Source: Laetmonice hystrix
Taxonomy: Eukaryota
Direction of reading: 5' to 3'
DNA length: 64,000 nt
Assembly (NCBI GenBank): GCA_965235115.1
Contig: OZ249436.1
Coordinates: forward strand, 21,082,001 to 21,146,000
This document shows positions 36,241-50,757 of this stretch, in pieces. Below the pieces are notes generated by a model. That model made no database searches. It saw nothing but the letters and a program-made list of their open reading frames with translations, and had not been told where the DNA came from. The position numbers were made by a program, and so were the translations under genes. Position 1 is the stretch's first letter, and the number at the start of each line of letters is the position of its first letter.

Positions 36241-39200
36241 TGCTACAGCGAGAAATCTTTAATTGGAGGGGTCGTAACTGATTGGATTTTAAATGCCTTA
36301 AAACCTAAAAGAAATGTATAGCATCTTTTAGGTGATGGTCGTCACACCGACATGCTAACTTCAAATGATATGTATCAGACAAGGCCCCCCAAAAAATGAC
36401 GCGGAAATTTTGAGTGGCGATCTAGCACCGACTAGAATGACGCCCCAGAGAATATCAAACAACTTAAGAACACGAAAAAAGATCTACATAGACCAGATTG
36501 TGTTTTTATTCATCTCTAAGTGTAGATTTATATATACATACATAGTCTTGGAATACATTATACCTCAGAAAGGAGCCGATTACCGGTCCCTTTCACAGAT
36601 TCTGTTGCCTCAACCACCCAGGCCTCCAGCTCCGCTGGTTTGACTTGGTCACTTATAAATAGATGGTGGCGCCCTCGTGTGGCAACCAAACGCACTATGA
36701 GTGCTGCTGCCCACCAACAACCAGGTTGGTTGGGCTTTCCCCTCCCGCTACCATACACATGGGACTTTTAGTGGTTTGTCCACTAGAGTACCGCTTGATT
36801 AATGTACTGGCGGCATTACCTCTGTACGCAGTACAGGTAAACTCCACACATATATTATATAAAAAAAATGCTTTATCATTTCTTAATGAAATGCATCCTG
36901 TAACGTTCGTCACATTGGCCTTTCAGTTCAAGTCTGTGACCCATCCAGCACGGAACTTCAGAACACACAGTTCAATCTTCAAGATATAAGTTATAAAGTT
37001 CAGTTTTAATTACCAGTATTAAACCAGGCTAACCGTTCGGCTTGCTTCAACGTTCTGCCACACAGGCATCATGAGGACATGATTTGACACTTTCATATTC
37101 AGTCTGAATTATAGTACCGAGATCTGACAGATTCTGCCTTCCATCATTCACTACAAGTATCAATTTGTTTAAACATGGCAGACAATTACCTAAATATCAA
37201 CACTGACAAGTATTACAGGAGAAACCATGTTGGTGTGATATCATAATGTCTGAATACAGAAATATTCAACATCAACGAACTCTATCAGTTCAATCAGCAA
37301 TTATTTTTAAATAGTCATTCGTTTTAACAAGCGCCTTCCCATCTACATTAATAGTTTTCTTATAGATGCGGTGTATTGTTTTATTTTGTGGAGATTTGCT
37401 ACACACTGAGACAGATGAGGAGAGTGTGGCACGCACACACCCACACACACATACATACTATAAATAAGGACAATCATCATATACAAATATATTCATATAT
37501 ATTATATATCAGGTAGATGAGCTATTAGAGTAATATGAGTTACATGTACTGCTGCACACGATATTACATACATAAAACAGGCGGCAGAAACACAAACAGT
37601 TTCTTTTTATGTACATGGAGAGTCAGAAGTCATGTAATACTCGCCAGAACAGTTTAATCTCCGAGCATTTTTTCTAAACTCACGAACCATTCCTGTATTT
37701 TGATCATATGGTTCATGAGAGGAGATTACAGTTTGCACCGTGTTTAGTTTCTACTGACCATTACCGGCCTGGTAACTGACTTGCACGTCGGCGGTAGAAA
37801 TCGAAAGTTTACCATGGTTGGTAAGCTGTAATCGGCAGTACTCTACCATCAACAACTGCTGCATACTACTGGTAACATGATAATTACATATTATCAACGA
37901 CTAGTGAAGGAGCTGACGGTTCAGAATTTATAACTGCTTCAAATTCTGGGACATCGATCAGGAATTTTTAAGCAGTCTGTTATTCTCGCCTCCCACGGAA
38001 CGAAAGTAGTTTTTTTCACTGTCTACACTACTGCACGTATCCCTTTCTGTCCAATTAATGTTCCGTCATCGTTCTGAGACACAGAACAGAAAACGAAAGG
38101 TCTACAGCGTCCTAAGTCTCATGTCCTAGCGAAAGGCCGAAACATTCCCCACACTAGACTACAACGTTCCAATTTTTACCAGAACTTGTTGAAGGCTCAT
38201 CATTCGTTTCATTTCCGTCCCGCTATCGACTCGAGGCACCAGTGGTTCCAAATGAGTCCGCTTGGAGTCTACGACGTGCCCATCCGGACTTTGGGGCAAA
38301 CATTCTAACCGGTAACTCATCCCAGCCTGTCTTCATATAAGACTAAACACTTGATATTTCACAAACTAAACAGTTACATTTGTTGTACCTTAATACAGCA
38401 CATCACCTCCCACAAGTTTGAGGTTCAAATCTGAACATGATATGGAGACGCTGTACTTGTGGTAAACTTGGCACCCTTGAACTGGCTTGGCCTCTTAATG
38501 TGCACGAGCACCGGGGTAAGCAGACTTCTGGATACGCCATCCAAGTTTGCCTTCTCGTCACTGAAATCTGAATGAGTACAATTCCTGCCCTCAATTACAG
38601 CAAGGTGCAGACGTAACCCTCCTATCGCCCCAGAGTACCCGAAACCTGCCAGAGATTCCCGTTCACAGACATACTACCATGCATACCGCTATATACGGGT
38701 AAACTGACGATGTAAAGTGTCCTCAACCACTTTCGTTAAAAAATAATACCACAAATATAAAGCAAAAACTTTTGTTTCTCTGAATAGAAAAAAAAATCCA
38801 TTCCAAATGAAAAGTACCGATTAAAATGTGAATGTAGGCCGGCTGGCTAAGGATAACAAGTGGTATAATGACCACCTGCTCCACAGATGATTCAATAACG
38901 GTTTATGGATCGTCTAAGAAATCTCTCTTTATGTGTTCATGCAAATGTTTTGGTCATTAAGTAAGTGCCAACATAGCACTAGTAGTACTACTGTAGTGTT
39001 TTCATATTTTCATTTTCCCCATTTTTTTTTTCCATATTAATCACACTGTTAAACATGATGTGCTGTGATAATGTTACCCCCTCAAAGTCCTCTAACTAAA
39101 ATCTGGGGATATTATATCAAAAACACCTTTAGATTAGAAATCGCTTACACCTATCGAATCGATTTAGTCTAATTCTGACACATGACTGGCAAAACACCAA

Positions 39201-39755
39201 TCATCATCCTTGGTGGCACACAGCTTTAGACAATAAAACATAAACAGGACCACTGTCCCCGGACATGGAATCCGTGTCTGGGGACGGTTCTCGAACAAAC
39301 TATCAGAGAAACGACTGAATCTCAGAATATTTCTGGAGAGTTGGGCACAATCTCATAAATAACCGTGACATACAAAATTGAAATTATCACTGACTGAACA
39401 CACCTTCGTTCTTGCCGACCTGTCGACATCCAGTGTACACACAAGATTCTCATTAAAATAAATACAAATAAGTTAGCAAACCCTTGGCTCCAAGGCTCCC
39501 AACGATCTGAGGATTAAAGGGAACAGTAGACCATGGTGTTCCTGTTCAACACCCTGGAGAACACGCCCCTAGAAATGCTAGAGCTGAGGATCACATGGAT
39601 TATGACATGATATGTGATCTCATCACATTTATTCTGCTGACACAGGACGTAATACGATGTGATGACGTCTCCCCATGACGTACATATGACGTAATGACGA
39701 TACCAGTAATAGTGACAGCACCACACGGCCCTCACGTGATATGACTCGCGCGATT

Positions 39756-42700
39756 TCACATCGGCGCCGAGAACTTTCGATCCTTACTGCCACTCCTTGA
39801 AGACGACCCCTTCTTGTCTGAACGCCCCGATGATGATAACGATGAATTCTTCCTCTCAAGTTTACTTCGACGAATGTACTCGGACGAGCCGTCGTCTCCA
39901 CGACGACTGTCCTTTCTCCGTAGACTGTCTTCTCGCAGCTGCGCGTGTTCCTTGCCGACACGAGATGCCGCCGCTGTTGCCACCATGTCGATCATGGCAT
40001 ACTCAATATCACTACTTTTCACTGGCTTGCGTGGCCTCACACTATCGTCTGTTTGTGAGAGATCTATTTCAGCATAATTCAGCAGTGGGTTTGACTGTTC
40101 CGACGCCCCTGACAGTGACCTCGGAGAACCCGGTGGCGTCATGTCCCAGAACCGTGGAGAATCTGTTCGGTCACGTGGCATGCAGACGTTCACGTAATCA
40201 TGGTCCTTACCAGGTCTGAATAATGACGGCGAGCGAGGCGAGTCATTGCCGTAACTATGGCCACTTACTGAGCTCATCCTAGACGATAAACTCATCGTGT
40301 CGAACGTGAACACTGACGACGCCACCGAGGGCGACCCTGGGGTCCGCAGCCCGTCCGTGCAGCTCATGTTCAGCTCGTCCGCCAGCTTCCGACGGTCAAG
40401 CTTCTTGTATTCTTTACCGAAGCGTGGTCTGAGAGTGGTGGAAGCTGGACTACACTTGTGGTCATCGCTGCGGGTGCTGGTCGTATCACTGCTCCCATAC
40501 GATGACAAGGACTGCGACTCGGAACTGTCGGCTTTCATCCGGGACTGCCCTGACCTCTGGAGGTCATCACTCGTACCTACGGTCCCTAAAATATCAATAA
40601 ATACTCGTTAGACATAATTACATCAATGCAATCAATCACGCGGCAACATTTCTCCTTCCAATACCCACCCACCATACACATACACAGATGTGGTAGTACT
40701 GTCTTCACAAAGGGCAGGAAAATCAACACTATCCAAGTGACTACCTGTCTGATGACATTCTTACCAACTGACACTGAAATCCGTTAGTATCCAACAAATC
40801 ATAGCGCTGAACAATCACGTGTAACTCACCTGGGATACACCATGGCGCTGAAAACTCTAACAATCACGTGTAACTCACCTGGGATACACCATGGCGCTGA
40901 AAACTCTAACAATCACGTGTAACTCACCTGGGATGCACCATATAATAACGAGATTTATATCATAATATGGAACTACTTTTGAGCTTCGATTTACTGGGGT
41001 TTTCTTGCTGCACTAAACTGCATTGTTTCTTTTACACATCCCTAGACTTGGCTCATCTCCAAACCATGTTGACAGCAGATTATATATCAGAGTCACTAAT
41101 CAGATTTTCTTTTCTCATCAGAAATCTGCTGGCCGGTTGTTGTGAATGTGGAGAATGTTATGCGGGTCGGAGATTCTATATCTCATGACACAAAGACCCA
41201 CACTGCACACCTCCTATGTTACTCCTATGATCTAGTTCCATCCACTGTCAGGCCACTGTTAGACACGGCTGGGTGAAGGCGAAGAACAACTTCACGGCTG
41301 GGCTGGTGGTGCGCTCGGAGCATGGCCAGCAACCCTGGATCCTACTACCACCACCACCGCCGTCACCACCACCACCACCACCGCCGGCGGCGCAGCGTGC
41401 TCCCAGCCGACCATCAACATCTCACCTGGAGCTGATATCTTACTGAACGTCTGTTGGCGCGCCTGACCGCAAGTCAAGGAGCTAACGGTTTGCCAATCAT
41501 GCCATCTCTGTCAACTTCAACACCTTCTCATAAAGGTGGTAATTTCATAATCGACCTCCTTCACATGACTCACGTTATGGACCCATGTGCACCGGCAAAC
41601 AACAGCAAAGAGAGAGCGAGAGTGAGAGAGAAAAAAGGCTACCCTTGGAAGGCGTATTCACAGGTGCTGGACAGATACTCTCGACCATATCCTTGCTATC
41701 CTTGCCTGGATGTTGACATCCAAAAACCTCAATGATAAACATTATAATTCACCGTTTTAATTCGGAAACCGCTGACCAGTCCAGGCGCGTGTCCAGGATT
41801 TTCAGCAGGGGGGGGGGGGTCTAAGGAATTGTAAAAATTTAGAAGCTAAATCGCTCAATGGGTTCAAAACGGCGGGAATGCTTAGAAAAAATTCTATGCT
41901 CTGTGGGAGCCCCCCCCCCCGACACCCGCCTGCAGTCTCCAACATACTTTACTAGGATCCTTTCTAACTTACATTACTCTCAGTTTTTACATCCGGTTCA
42001 ACTGCATGTTTCGTACGGTTTTTTTTAAATAAATAGCTGAAGTCAGTTTTACTAAGACTGCAAACCAAGTTACTTGGTTTCGCTGTATAAACCAGGAGTC
42101 CTTGTAAATGTATATCACCAATACTAGAACACAGAGAAAGAAATGCATCCATTCGGTTTACATTGGACTGACCGCGGTGGTTTATGATATCGGCCATGCC
42201 TGCATCTGAAACTAGTTACAAATAATCACACGTTTTCTCGGAATTCCTGCACGTATCAGAACCCACCACTGAGCAAAATATAACAAACACAAATGTGACA
42301 GTCAGTAAGTCCTCTTTCGTTTGTGTTTCCTTTGCAAAACGAATTAACTAACCTTTTAAATATTGTTCCTGCAACTTTTATGATATAATGGCATATACTT
42401 ATTATCCATTCTTGTTCTTACAATGTTTTACACAAAATTTGTTTTAAAAACCCAAACTCTCATCTCAAATATGAATCATCATAATCGTCACTGTACGGAT
42501 TTTTTTACAGATAAATTTTCAAAATATTTTGCATCGATCCCACAACTATAATTTCAGACCTGATAATCCTTTCGACTATTATACTTTTATAACTGTCTTC
42601 AGCTGATACCTACTTAAACTAACTGAGCCATACCTGTACACTGCCTTGAAGCAACCCTTCTACCGAAACATGCCATTGAGACGTCTCTCTGACTGATGCA

Positions 42701-45700
42701 AATCAAACGTGATCCATGGTGTGCCACAAGTACTCTGTATTCACGCAGGCTCCTGTGTGCCTGCACGTGCCACCTTTTCCCCCGTTGCAGTATCCACGAG
42801 TTTCATGGCCTAACTGGTCCACGCATGCCCACACATGTGTGGGTGGACGAGCGGGCTGGGGACAGAGTTTAGATCAAACTGCCCGTGGTGGTGCCCGGAC
42901 AGAGCTAGCTGCCCACCTGGCTGCCACACCAGGACCTGGGCTTGCCGGCTGGCCGCTCCTCCCGACTCTACCCCCCCCCCCCCCGCCTACCGTGTCGGGC
43001 AGGTGCTGGTGGCACCGGAACAGACCCCACACTGACACGGCCATGCTATCATGGCACTGAAACAGGTCTGGCTCTGAGCGACATGTGAGTAAACTAACTT
43101 TCTCACGGGTTCTGAAATTACTATAACAGATATGCCACATTTACCCAGATATTAGAAAGGATGAATTAAATGAGTAAAAATTATCTGTAAAAATTTACGT
43201 ATTGTAGATCAAACCCAGTGCTATAAACGAACTTTCTTTTATTTTTCAATTCTTTATTCTGCTACTACTCCTGCTTCCCCAACATCAATGTTAAATTTTG
43301 TAATGAACTTCTGTTACCTGAGACATTCCTGGCCGTCCAGAGCTCCTCCTCGTCCTCAGTGGCCGGGATGTGGACTGTGAGGCGGGCATCACGCCGGGAC
43401 CTTGGTACCGTAAGGGGTGAGGCGCTGGCACTGGATGCCTTGCTGTCATCAGTGAGGAGGAGTTCTGACTGAGAGTGCCAGGTCGGGGAGTGAGATCTCC
43501 GGGCGTTCGGACAGCGGAGGAGACTCAGCGACGCCCCGAGCATGGAACCCGGACTACTCTTACGTCGGTTGGTTTTCTCCGGTAACACGGGCGGTGGGAT
43601 TGGCATCATGTCGTCCTCCTCCGAGATATGTAGGAGAGTCAAGGTGGAGGTGTTGGTGGAGTTAGGGTTGGAGTCTGTGTAGGACAAGGCTGCTTCAGGT
43701 ACAATCCCTGGAACATAGACTGGTGGAGGTGGAGCTGGTTCTGTTGGCATGTTGGGGCTGACTGGTCGCTCCAGTATGTCGTATATCTCCGAGGAGATGG
43801 CCAGTATGTCGGATACTGGAGAAGGTGCTGGAGGAGGGAGGTCAGGTTTGATTTTCCCGGTCGGCATGACCAGCATGTAGGCTGGAGAGTCGACCAGGTC
43901 AGAGGTCTTTGATTTTGTGTATGTTCTTGGAGGCAGTGCTGGGGGTTGGTCCGTGACAACCCCTGCGTCGTGTGAATGGTGTGATGATGACGAACTTGCC
44001 AGTGACTGACAACTCTGCTGTTTTTCTTCATCTGTCAGATTGGCTAACTCAGTCCAGCCCTGGCAGGAGTAGCTCGCAGAGCGACCCCTTGCCTCTGGAC
44101 CAATGCCTGGAACCTTCGACAGAACATCTACTGAAGCTCGCCGACGTTGTAACCTTGGGCTTCCGGTGAGGCCGAAAGGATCCTGTGGTAGACGTGTGGA
44201 GAAGGGGGAAGGAGTGTTCGGCTCACTTATCGGGACCTCTGGCAGAGTCTCAGCTACAGGAGAGCTCAAAATGTCCTCCTGACTCTTTGACTGAGCACAT
44301 TTCCTTTCCTTGGAAGAATTCCTCCGGATGAGACGCGACAAGAACCGTTCTCTCTTCCCTGGGGGTGGGCTCTTGATGCCATCCTCCGGCTTGCTGGCGG
44401 CCCCGGCAGATGACGGCCTCCGACCTAGGCCTGCAGGTTTCGGAGGTATGACTGGTTTTTTGGTAACGAATGGGTCATGCTCAATGAGGTCTTCAAACGG
44501 TCGAAGAGGTTTCACGATGGAGGCAGCAGAAGGAAAGCCTCGGTCATGGCTGCCTCCTGCGCTCATGTCATCACCGGGAGGGGTCATACACATGTAGTCA
44601 CTGTGCTTGTTTCCTTTGACCCCGTCTGAACCCAGGTTCATGTGAAGATACCCCCCTTCTAATTCAGTGTCCAAACTCCTAGACTGGTTCAGTGGAGGTC
44701 TTCGAGCCATCCGGTCCATTGAGCGCTGACTTTGGTTAGAGTTGGACCGATTGCGACCGAGATTCATGGACATGTAACTATAGGATTCCTCACCGTGGTA
44801 CGTCTCACTCGATGTATTGCTACTGAAACTACAGTTACGACTTCTCATTGGACTGTTGTAGGAGCTTAGCGAACTACTCCTCAGAGGTAACTCCATGGCA
44901 CAGAAAATAGCACTATCATCATCATCTCTAGGATATCCTCGCATCATCATGTAATCTCCAGAATCAACGAAATGACCACGGATTTTTTTGGGCGACGTGT
45001 GTGGACTCACACCAGAAACAGTTGGGGGAGTGCGGCGTAAACTCCGTGGACTTCGAAGAGGACTCGGTGATTTGGTGAAAGGATTGTTTGTTGGGCTAAT
45101 TCTGGGAACATACACGTCCTGGGGCCCAATCTGAATGTAAGGATTCTGGGTACCTTCAATGCAAGAAAATGGGCTTTCCTTACTTTCAAGTAATGCATAG
45201 GTCCTCTCTGCCCCACTCATCACGGCGTAAGGGTTCTCTTCCCGGAGAGAACCCGACCCCGGCAGAACGGTGGAAGGCACGGACAGGTTAAGCTGACTAA
45301 TAATACCTGGTGATGTCCGGGTAGGCACTGGACTCCGATTCCGCTTCCTTGTATCTAACTGAACGTAATCTCCGTCATCCTGAACTGTTCGCACACCACA
45401 AGTTCCTTGATGACTTGATACAAATGGCCTTCCTGCTTCAGCACTTCCACTACTTGCACAGGAAATACCATCCAATATATTCTCCAAACTTTTTCCACGC
45501 GATCGAAACAATTCAGTGCGTAAACTGTTTCGGTCACTTTTTGGCGACCCTTTTGGTGACGTAGACCTTCTCAGGAGGTCCTCAACAGGCGGACCTCGAG
45601 GCTGAACTTGCGGCTTTTTGCTTCGCTTCAGGCTGCCATGATAGGACAGCAACTTACCACGCACTGCACTGAGTTTAGCAGCCACAGCCTTTGCACTGCC

Positions 45701-48700
45701 CGGGTCCATGTTAACATAGTCAAGCTGGTGGTCTGCAGACAGAGCATGACTATGATTAGGCGGAGACTGGCTGGCCACCTCTGTATAGATATTCTTCCTT
45801 TGATTACTGACCACCTGACTGTCAATGTAGTTCAGGATACCCGTGGCCTTCATTTGAATGTACTCTCCACCTTCTGTACAGGTTTTGGGTTCTGTTTTAA
45901 GATCGTTTAGTTCAGGATCTGTGAGAATAACGGGCGATTCTGTGGGTTGTGGCGTGGCCTTCACCCAGTAAAGGTAACCTTCGTCCTTACCATCAAACCG
46001 ACCGAGATCTACGAACGGTAGAGGTTTACTTGGGTCAAGGAAAGCAGACTTCACCGACGGGATACGAGGCATGCTTGGGTTCAAGTTGGCATCTGATTGG
46101 CTAAATGGAACAGATGAGGATGCTGGTTGCTGAGAGTGCTGTTGTTGCATAGCTGGTGACGACTGACCCTCAACATCCTCGTCATTCCATATGTTGACAT
46201 AGTCGTGGTTCAGAGGGTTTGAAGGAGTTTTTCTATGGGACACAGAGCAGTCTGCTGTCTCCTTGACCTCAGCTGGTCTAAGCTGGGTTTGTTGAGGATG
46301 CTGTTGCTGGAAAGGCACGGTTTGCAAGGCAGGAGCTGACTGCCCTGTATTGCTTCCACTGTTGATTCCACAGACATTCACATACGAGTGTTTATGGCAC
46401 TTGGCAGTGGTATCAACTGATACTGGCAATGATGCCTGCTGACTAAATACAGGTCTAGGGGGCGGAGGGGGTGGAGGAGGGGGTAAGGGTTGGATTGTGA
46501 CCGGGGTCATGCTTGGGCTGCTCCGGGCGGGGCTAGCCCTCGCCGGAGACGTTCGTGAAGAACTATCACTGGTAGCTTCTCCAGTCTGATTGGCACTGCC
46601 TATACTACACGTACTACTATGTATACTACGTACACACAGGTCCCGTGTACTACCGTGAGACGAAGAATGTCCTCCACTTGAACTACTGAATGCATCCACG
46701 TTACAGGCCCGGAGAACTTCATCCAACAAGTCTAGACTCTCCGTGTCTGGCTCTCTCAGCTGTCCATGACTCTCAAACAAACAGGACCCGCTGCCGTTGG
46801 AGCCGTCTGAGGATCGGTTGCCGCCACCGGTACCACTACCCACCAACACCCCGGTCACCTTGGACTGTTCTGGGTTTGGCACCATCGGACTGAGTATGTC
46901 CACATTCCTCTGTACCGACGGTGACGTCAGAAACATGTCCATGTCAGAGGTGGACGTGGAAGGTGGCAGGTGGGGCTGAGATGATGTTGACGCCCCAGAG
47001 GACGATCCTGACGACGTGCCCACGCTAATACTGACACTAGACACACTGTCTCCGCTGGTGTACGAGTGAGACGACGTCGTACTTTCCAAGCGACGTTTCG
47101 TCGGTTGCGACTCGGCACCAATTTCAGCGTTTACAATTTTAACCACCTCCCCGTCCAGTATCATACCGCATCCATCCACATTGTCCAACTCTGGGGAAAT
47201 ATTCAATTCGTCTCGCGGAGTTCTCTTTGGCATAGCGTTGGCCTCGGTGAGTTCAAGCCTCCTTGGCACGTTCACCTCGCTCACATTGACACTGTTCATG
47301 TCACCTGCTGTCCGGGACACCTTACGTACACCCTGCGGCGGCACGTCGTAAATATTTCCAGATGACGTACGATCGGCAGCCACAAGATTCTCAATGCTAA
47401 CAAGTTTTTGTTTCTCAGAATCTGAGCTAGAATCACTAAATATTGTACTTGTAGTTTCCACGGAGGAGCCTGTCAGAGGGCTTGGTTCTGACATGAAATT
47501 CAAGTCAGCATAAACTTCCATGTCCCGAAAATCCTTGCCAAAAACCTCGGGAGGCGAAGAGAACCCCGACAGTCCCGAGATACTTGACATGTTGGACATG
47601 ACGGAGTGACAGCTCAGCTGGGATCCTGCAAGGGGAACAATTATATTAGGATCACTTCAAACTCATCACAAATTTATATGGTCAGAATATATTTAGAAAA
47701 ACATAATCAGCACTCTATCAGTAGGCATAACCAATTCCTTCAGTAAATCACGGACTTTCCAGGATTGTAATGAAATCTACATCCTTAACAGTCGATGTGC
47801 TATTTATAGACGTCAGTTCCCATGCTACAGCATAAGATGGTCGTAGTTAACAAATATGCCACTAGGTGGCTGCGGGCACGGTCTAACGGACGAGACTCGC
47901 TTTTTTTAAGCCCGGTGCCTTATTTCTCTGCCTGTACACCAGATGGCAGCACTATCGACATTTACAAAATGTCAGCCAGAAATGTCCCCTGTTCTTGAGC
48001 AAACAATAGCTAAGAATAGCTGGACACAGCTACTTCCCAGTAACTCCTAGCCCCAGACAATCCTACTTCTATGTTATCTGTCTCATTCTACTGAGTGACT
48101 CTGCTGCTATACTGTTGATGTACTGAATCAGTGGTATATTTACAGTGACCATTTATCATCGACATTGCAATAAGTTAAATATGTGATATTTACATTGACA
48201 ATTTATCATCGACATTGCAATAAGTTAAATATGTGATATTTACAGTGACAATTTATCATCGACATTGCAATAAGTTAAATATGTGATATTTACATTGACA
48301 ATTTATCATCGACATTGCAATAAGTTAAATATGTGATATTTACAGTGACAATTTATCATCGACATTGCAATAAGTTAAATATGTGATATTTACAGTGACA
48401 ATTTATCATCGAAATTGCAATAAGTTAAATATGTGATATTTAGAGTGACAACTTACCATCAACATTGCAATAAGTTAAATATGCGATATTTACAGAGACA
48501 ACTTATGATCAACATTGCAATAAGTTAAATATGCGATATTTACAGAGACAACTTATGAACATTGCAATAAGTTAAATAATACCGGTACCACAGGTATTGT
48601 TCCTTCTCACCTGATGACTTATTTAGATGAGTGACTACTTACTGCGGTTAGATGAGGAGGACGAGCGCCGTGACTTGGAATGCTTGCCCTGTGAGGCCTG

Positions 48701-49757
48701 CCGCATACGATCACTGATCTCCTGGCCTTGCTCCGTTAGGAACACATACACCCCGGCCACTGTAACAATCAGCACCCACTCATACCACACCTTCACAACG
48801 GCTTTAGATAGCAGGAAATATCATACTAAAGTCAACTGCTTTTGGTTTGGAAAGCACAACTGAGAAGTGACCAAAACCTTTTTTTAGGGAGAGAGTTGTC
48901 CATTGTAAAAATCTTGATCCATGCTCTAATTCTGCATGGTCTTACCTTTGCCACATCTTGATCCTGCCTCAAAGCAGAACTTGCTGTCGACAACGCCAAA
49001 TTTCCGAATGTCTACGACATTCCATGATCCGAGTAGTCTGGGTGGTGTGTTGGCTGTGATCCCGATGCGGCCCCCTTGGATGTATAACTTAACGGACCCT
49101 AACTGGAGTTTGTTTGAACTAGGAGTTTTCAGTAGTTTCATGGGGTACTGATGCTCTGTAAACAACAAGTTATAAACATACAGCATGGTTAGTCTTTCAT
49201 TCAACCTCTGTCTATAGGTTATAATTGATGGAACAAAACATGGTTACTGGGTATCATCTTCTTGACCAAATCAGTAAAATATTGCAAGTCTTCCAACTCT
49301 GAAGGCATCTGTCGCATTTTTATTTCTTTTATTTTATTTTAAAAAAATTATCCCAACATACGAACTAATTAACTAATCGGCTATACCTTCCAAAATTACT
49401 TCCAAGAATCATCAGCCATCATTACAGACTTTCAAAAGCCACATTTCCCGACAAAACGTGCTAGGGTCTCCCTCAGCATCAAGTTTCTGAGTCCTTCTGA
49501 AAACAAAGAGTTACCTTTAACCTTACCTTCTCCCAGGTGTGATCTGATACGGATCTCCCACTGTATGAGAGTCTCCCGACTCTGGAAGGCGAGCAGTGTG
49601 ACCTCCCTCTGACAGACGATCGCCATCACATGACCCTCCTTGTCCAGAGTGAAGCATGACTCGATGCCGAAAAACTCCTCCAGAGGTAATATGGCCTTCT
49701 CCTGGCCATTCTTGTAACAGTCTCGTGCATCTTTGTACAAGGTGATATGTAGTCGGT
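39756..49757 (-). CDS. DOK7: Dok-7-like PH + IRS-type PTB adaptor with a very long Ser/Pro-rich, Tyr-motif tail (5'-partial, ~1900 aa visible)
   Basis: Minus-strand exons 49757-49527, 49155-48946, 48759-48643, 47625-43318 and 40585-39756, all joined by phase-1 GT-AG introns in one frame. RLHITLYKD..LEEFFGIE..MAIVC..LLAFQSRETLIQWEIRIRSHLGE / PPRLLGSWNVVDIRKFGVV..FCFEAGSRCG / VAGVYVFLTEQGQEIS resemble the Dok-7 PH and PTB domains. The first exons were not found in the window. Confidence 0.82.
40811..40940. repeat. ~49-bp tandem repeat, ~3 copies (intronic)
   Basis: aacaatcacgtgtaactcacctgggatacaccatggcgctgaaaactct repeated. Confidence 0.85.
41782..41932. mobile_element. MITE with 12-bp TIRs and a 5-bp TSD
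   Basis: caggcgcgtgtc / gacacccgcctg, flanked on both sides by cagtc. Confidence 0.7.
48139..48580. repeat. 50-bp AT-rich minisatellite, ~9 copies (intronic)
   Basis: Unit tttacagtgacaatttatcatcgacattgcaataagttaaatatgtgata. Confidence 0.93.
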
Positions 49758-50757
49758 CTGCAAGAAACAAGTGACAACACATTGGTGAAGGGTTAGCTTT
49801 TATATGATGACCCTATGTAACAACAAGTTTGAGTGAACTAAAAATTTACCCTCGTGCACTTCTGACGTGGAAAAGGAAAGCAGATTTGAGAATCTACCAA
49901 AAACAGTGTCCCACCTGTGTAAATGTTCATGAATCTGTGTGTTTTTTTTTTGTGGAAATAAACGACAACAACAAACAACAACAACAAAAATCGCGTCTGT
50001 GAGAAAGACAAAAAGATTCACTAGACACAGCTGAAGTACTTGTTATGTATGCTCACTCATGTGTACTCATGCTTCACATTTTCAGCTGAAACCGATTTTT
50101 GCACTGCGCCCATTTCTATTCCTTGATATTGACCTTGCAATTTATTTATACATTGCGAAGCTCCCTCAATCATCCGACTAAGTAAAGACAAAAGATAAGA
50201 CACAGGCGACGAGTGTTTTCGAATATTTCTTTGAGCATTTCCGAATCTGGCCGCAGCATCTGCTTTTTGCGGTGTCGCCACCTGGTGGTTCTAAACCACA
50301 TTAAGGTTTGAGACATTTTTATTTACTACTGGCTATGTATGACGTTCACCAATTTTTCTTACTCGTATTTAGGATGCTTTAGCACAACTAACACGAGGCA
50401 GTATGTGTGATATATTACTGCTGTGTTTATACCCTATGTCTCATATAGAGATCCGGCCGTGGTTTACATATGATAAAACATAGCCACATCAAACTTATCT
50501 CCATAAATCCGATAAAGATATTGGATAATTTCCTAGCCGCCCTGGCCGGGCCAGGTCTGGGCGGGCCGTTTGAAGGCAGCCCGTCGGAGCACAATGTGAC
50601 CCACTAACCACCGACAGCCCGGTCTAAGCACACAACCTCTGTTTAACATCCACACATTAACCATAATGCTGCGCCATCAAAAAGAAAGCATGTCATGTCG
50701 GTGTTGTTTATGACTGCTGACACTGCTGCTTGCCCTCAGCGGAGACTCGCAAACATG

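Noticed and set aside
41426..41450. Possible micro-exon in the last intron of the Dok-7-like gene
   Set aside because: At 25 nt it would shift the frame, and its acceptor lacks a pyrimidine tract.
50195..50225. RKHSSPVS as the missing Dok-7 exon (RKPSPVA-like)
   Set aside because: No phase-compatible splice donor follows it and the upstream WKxRW motif is absent; the real exon is probably beyond 64000.
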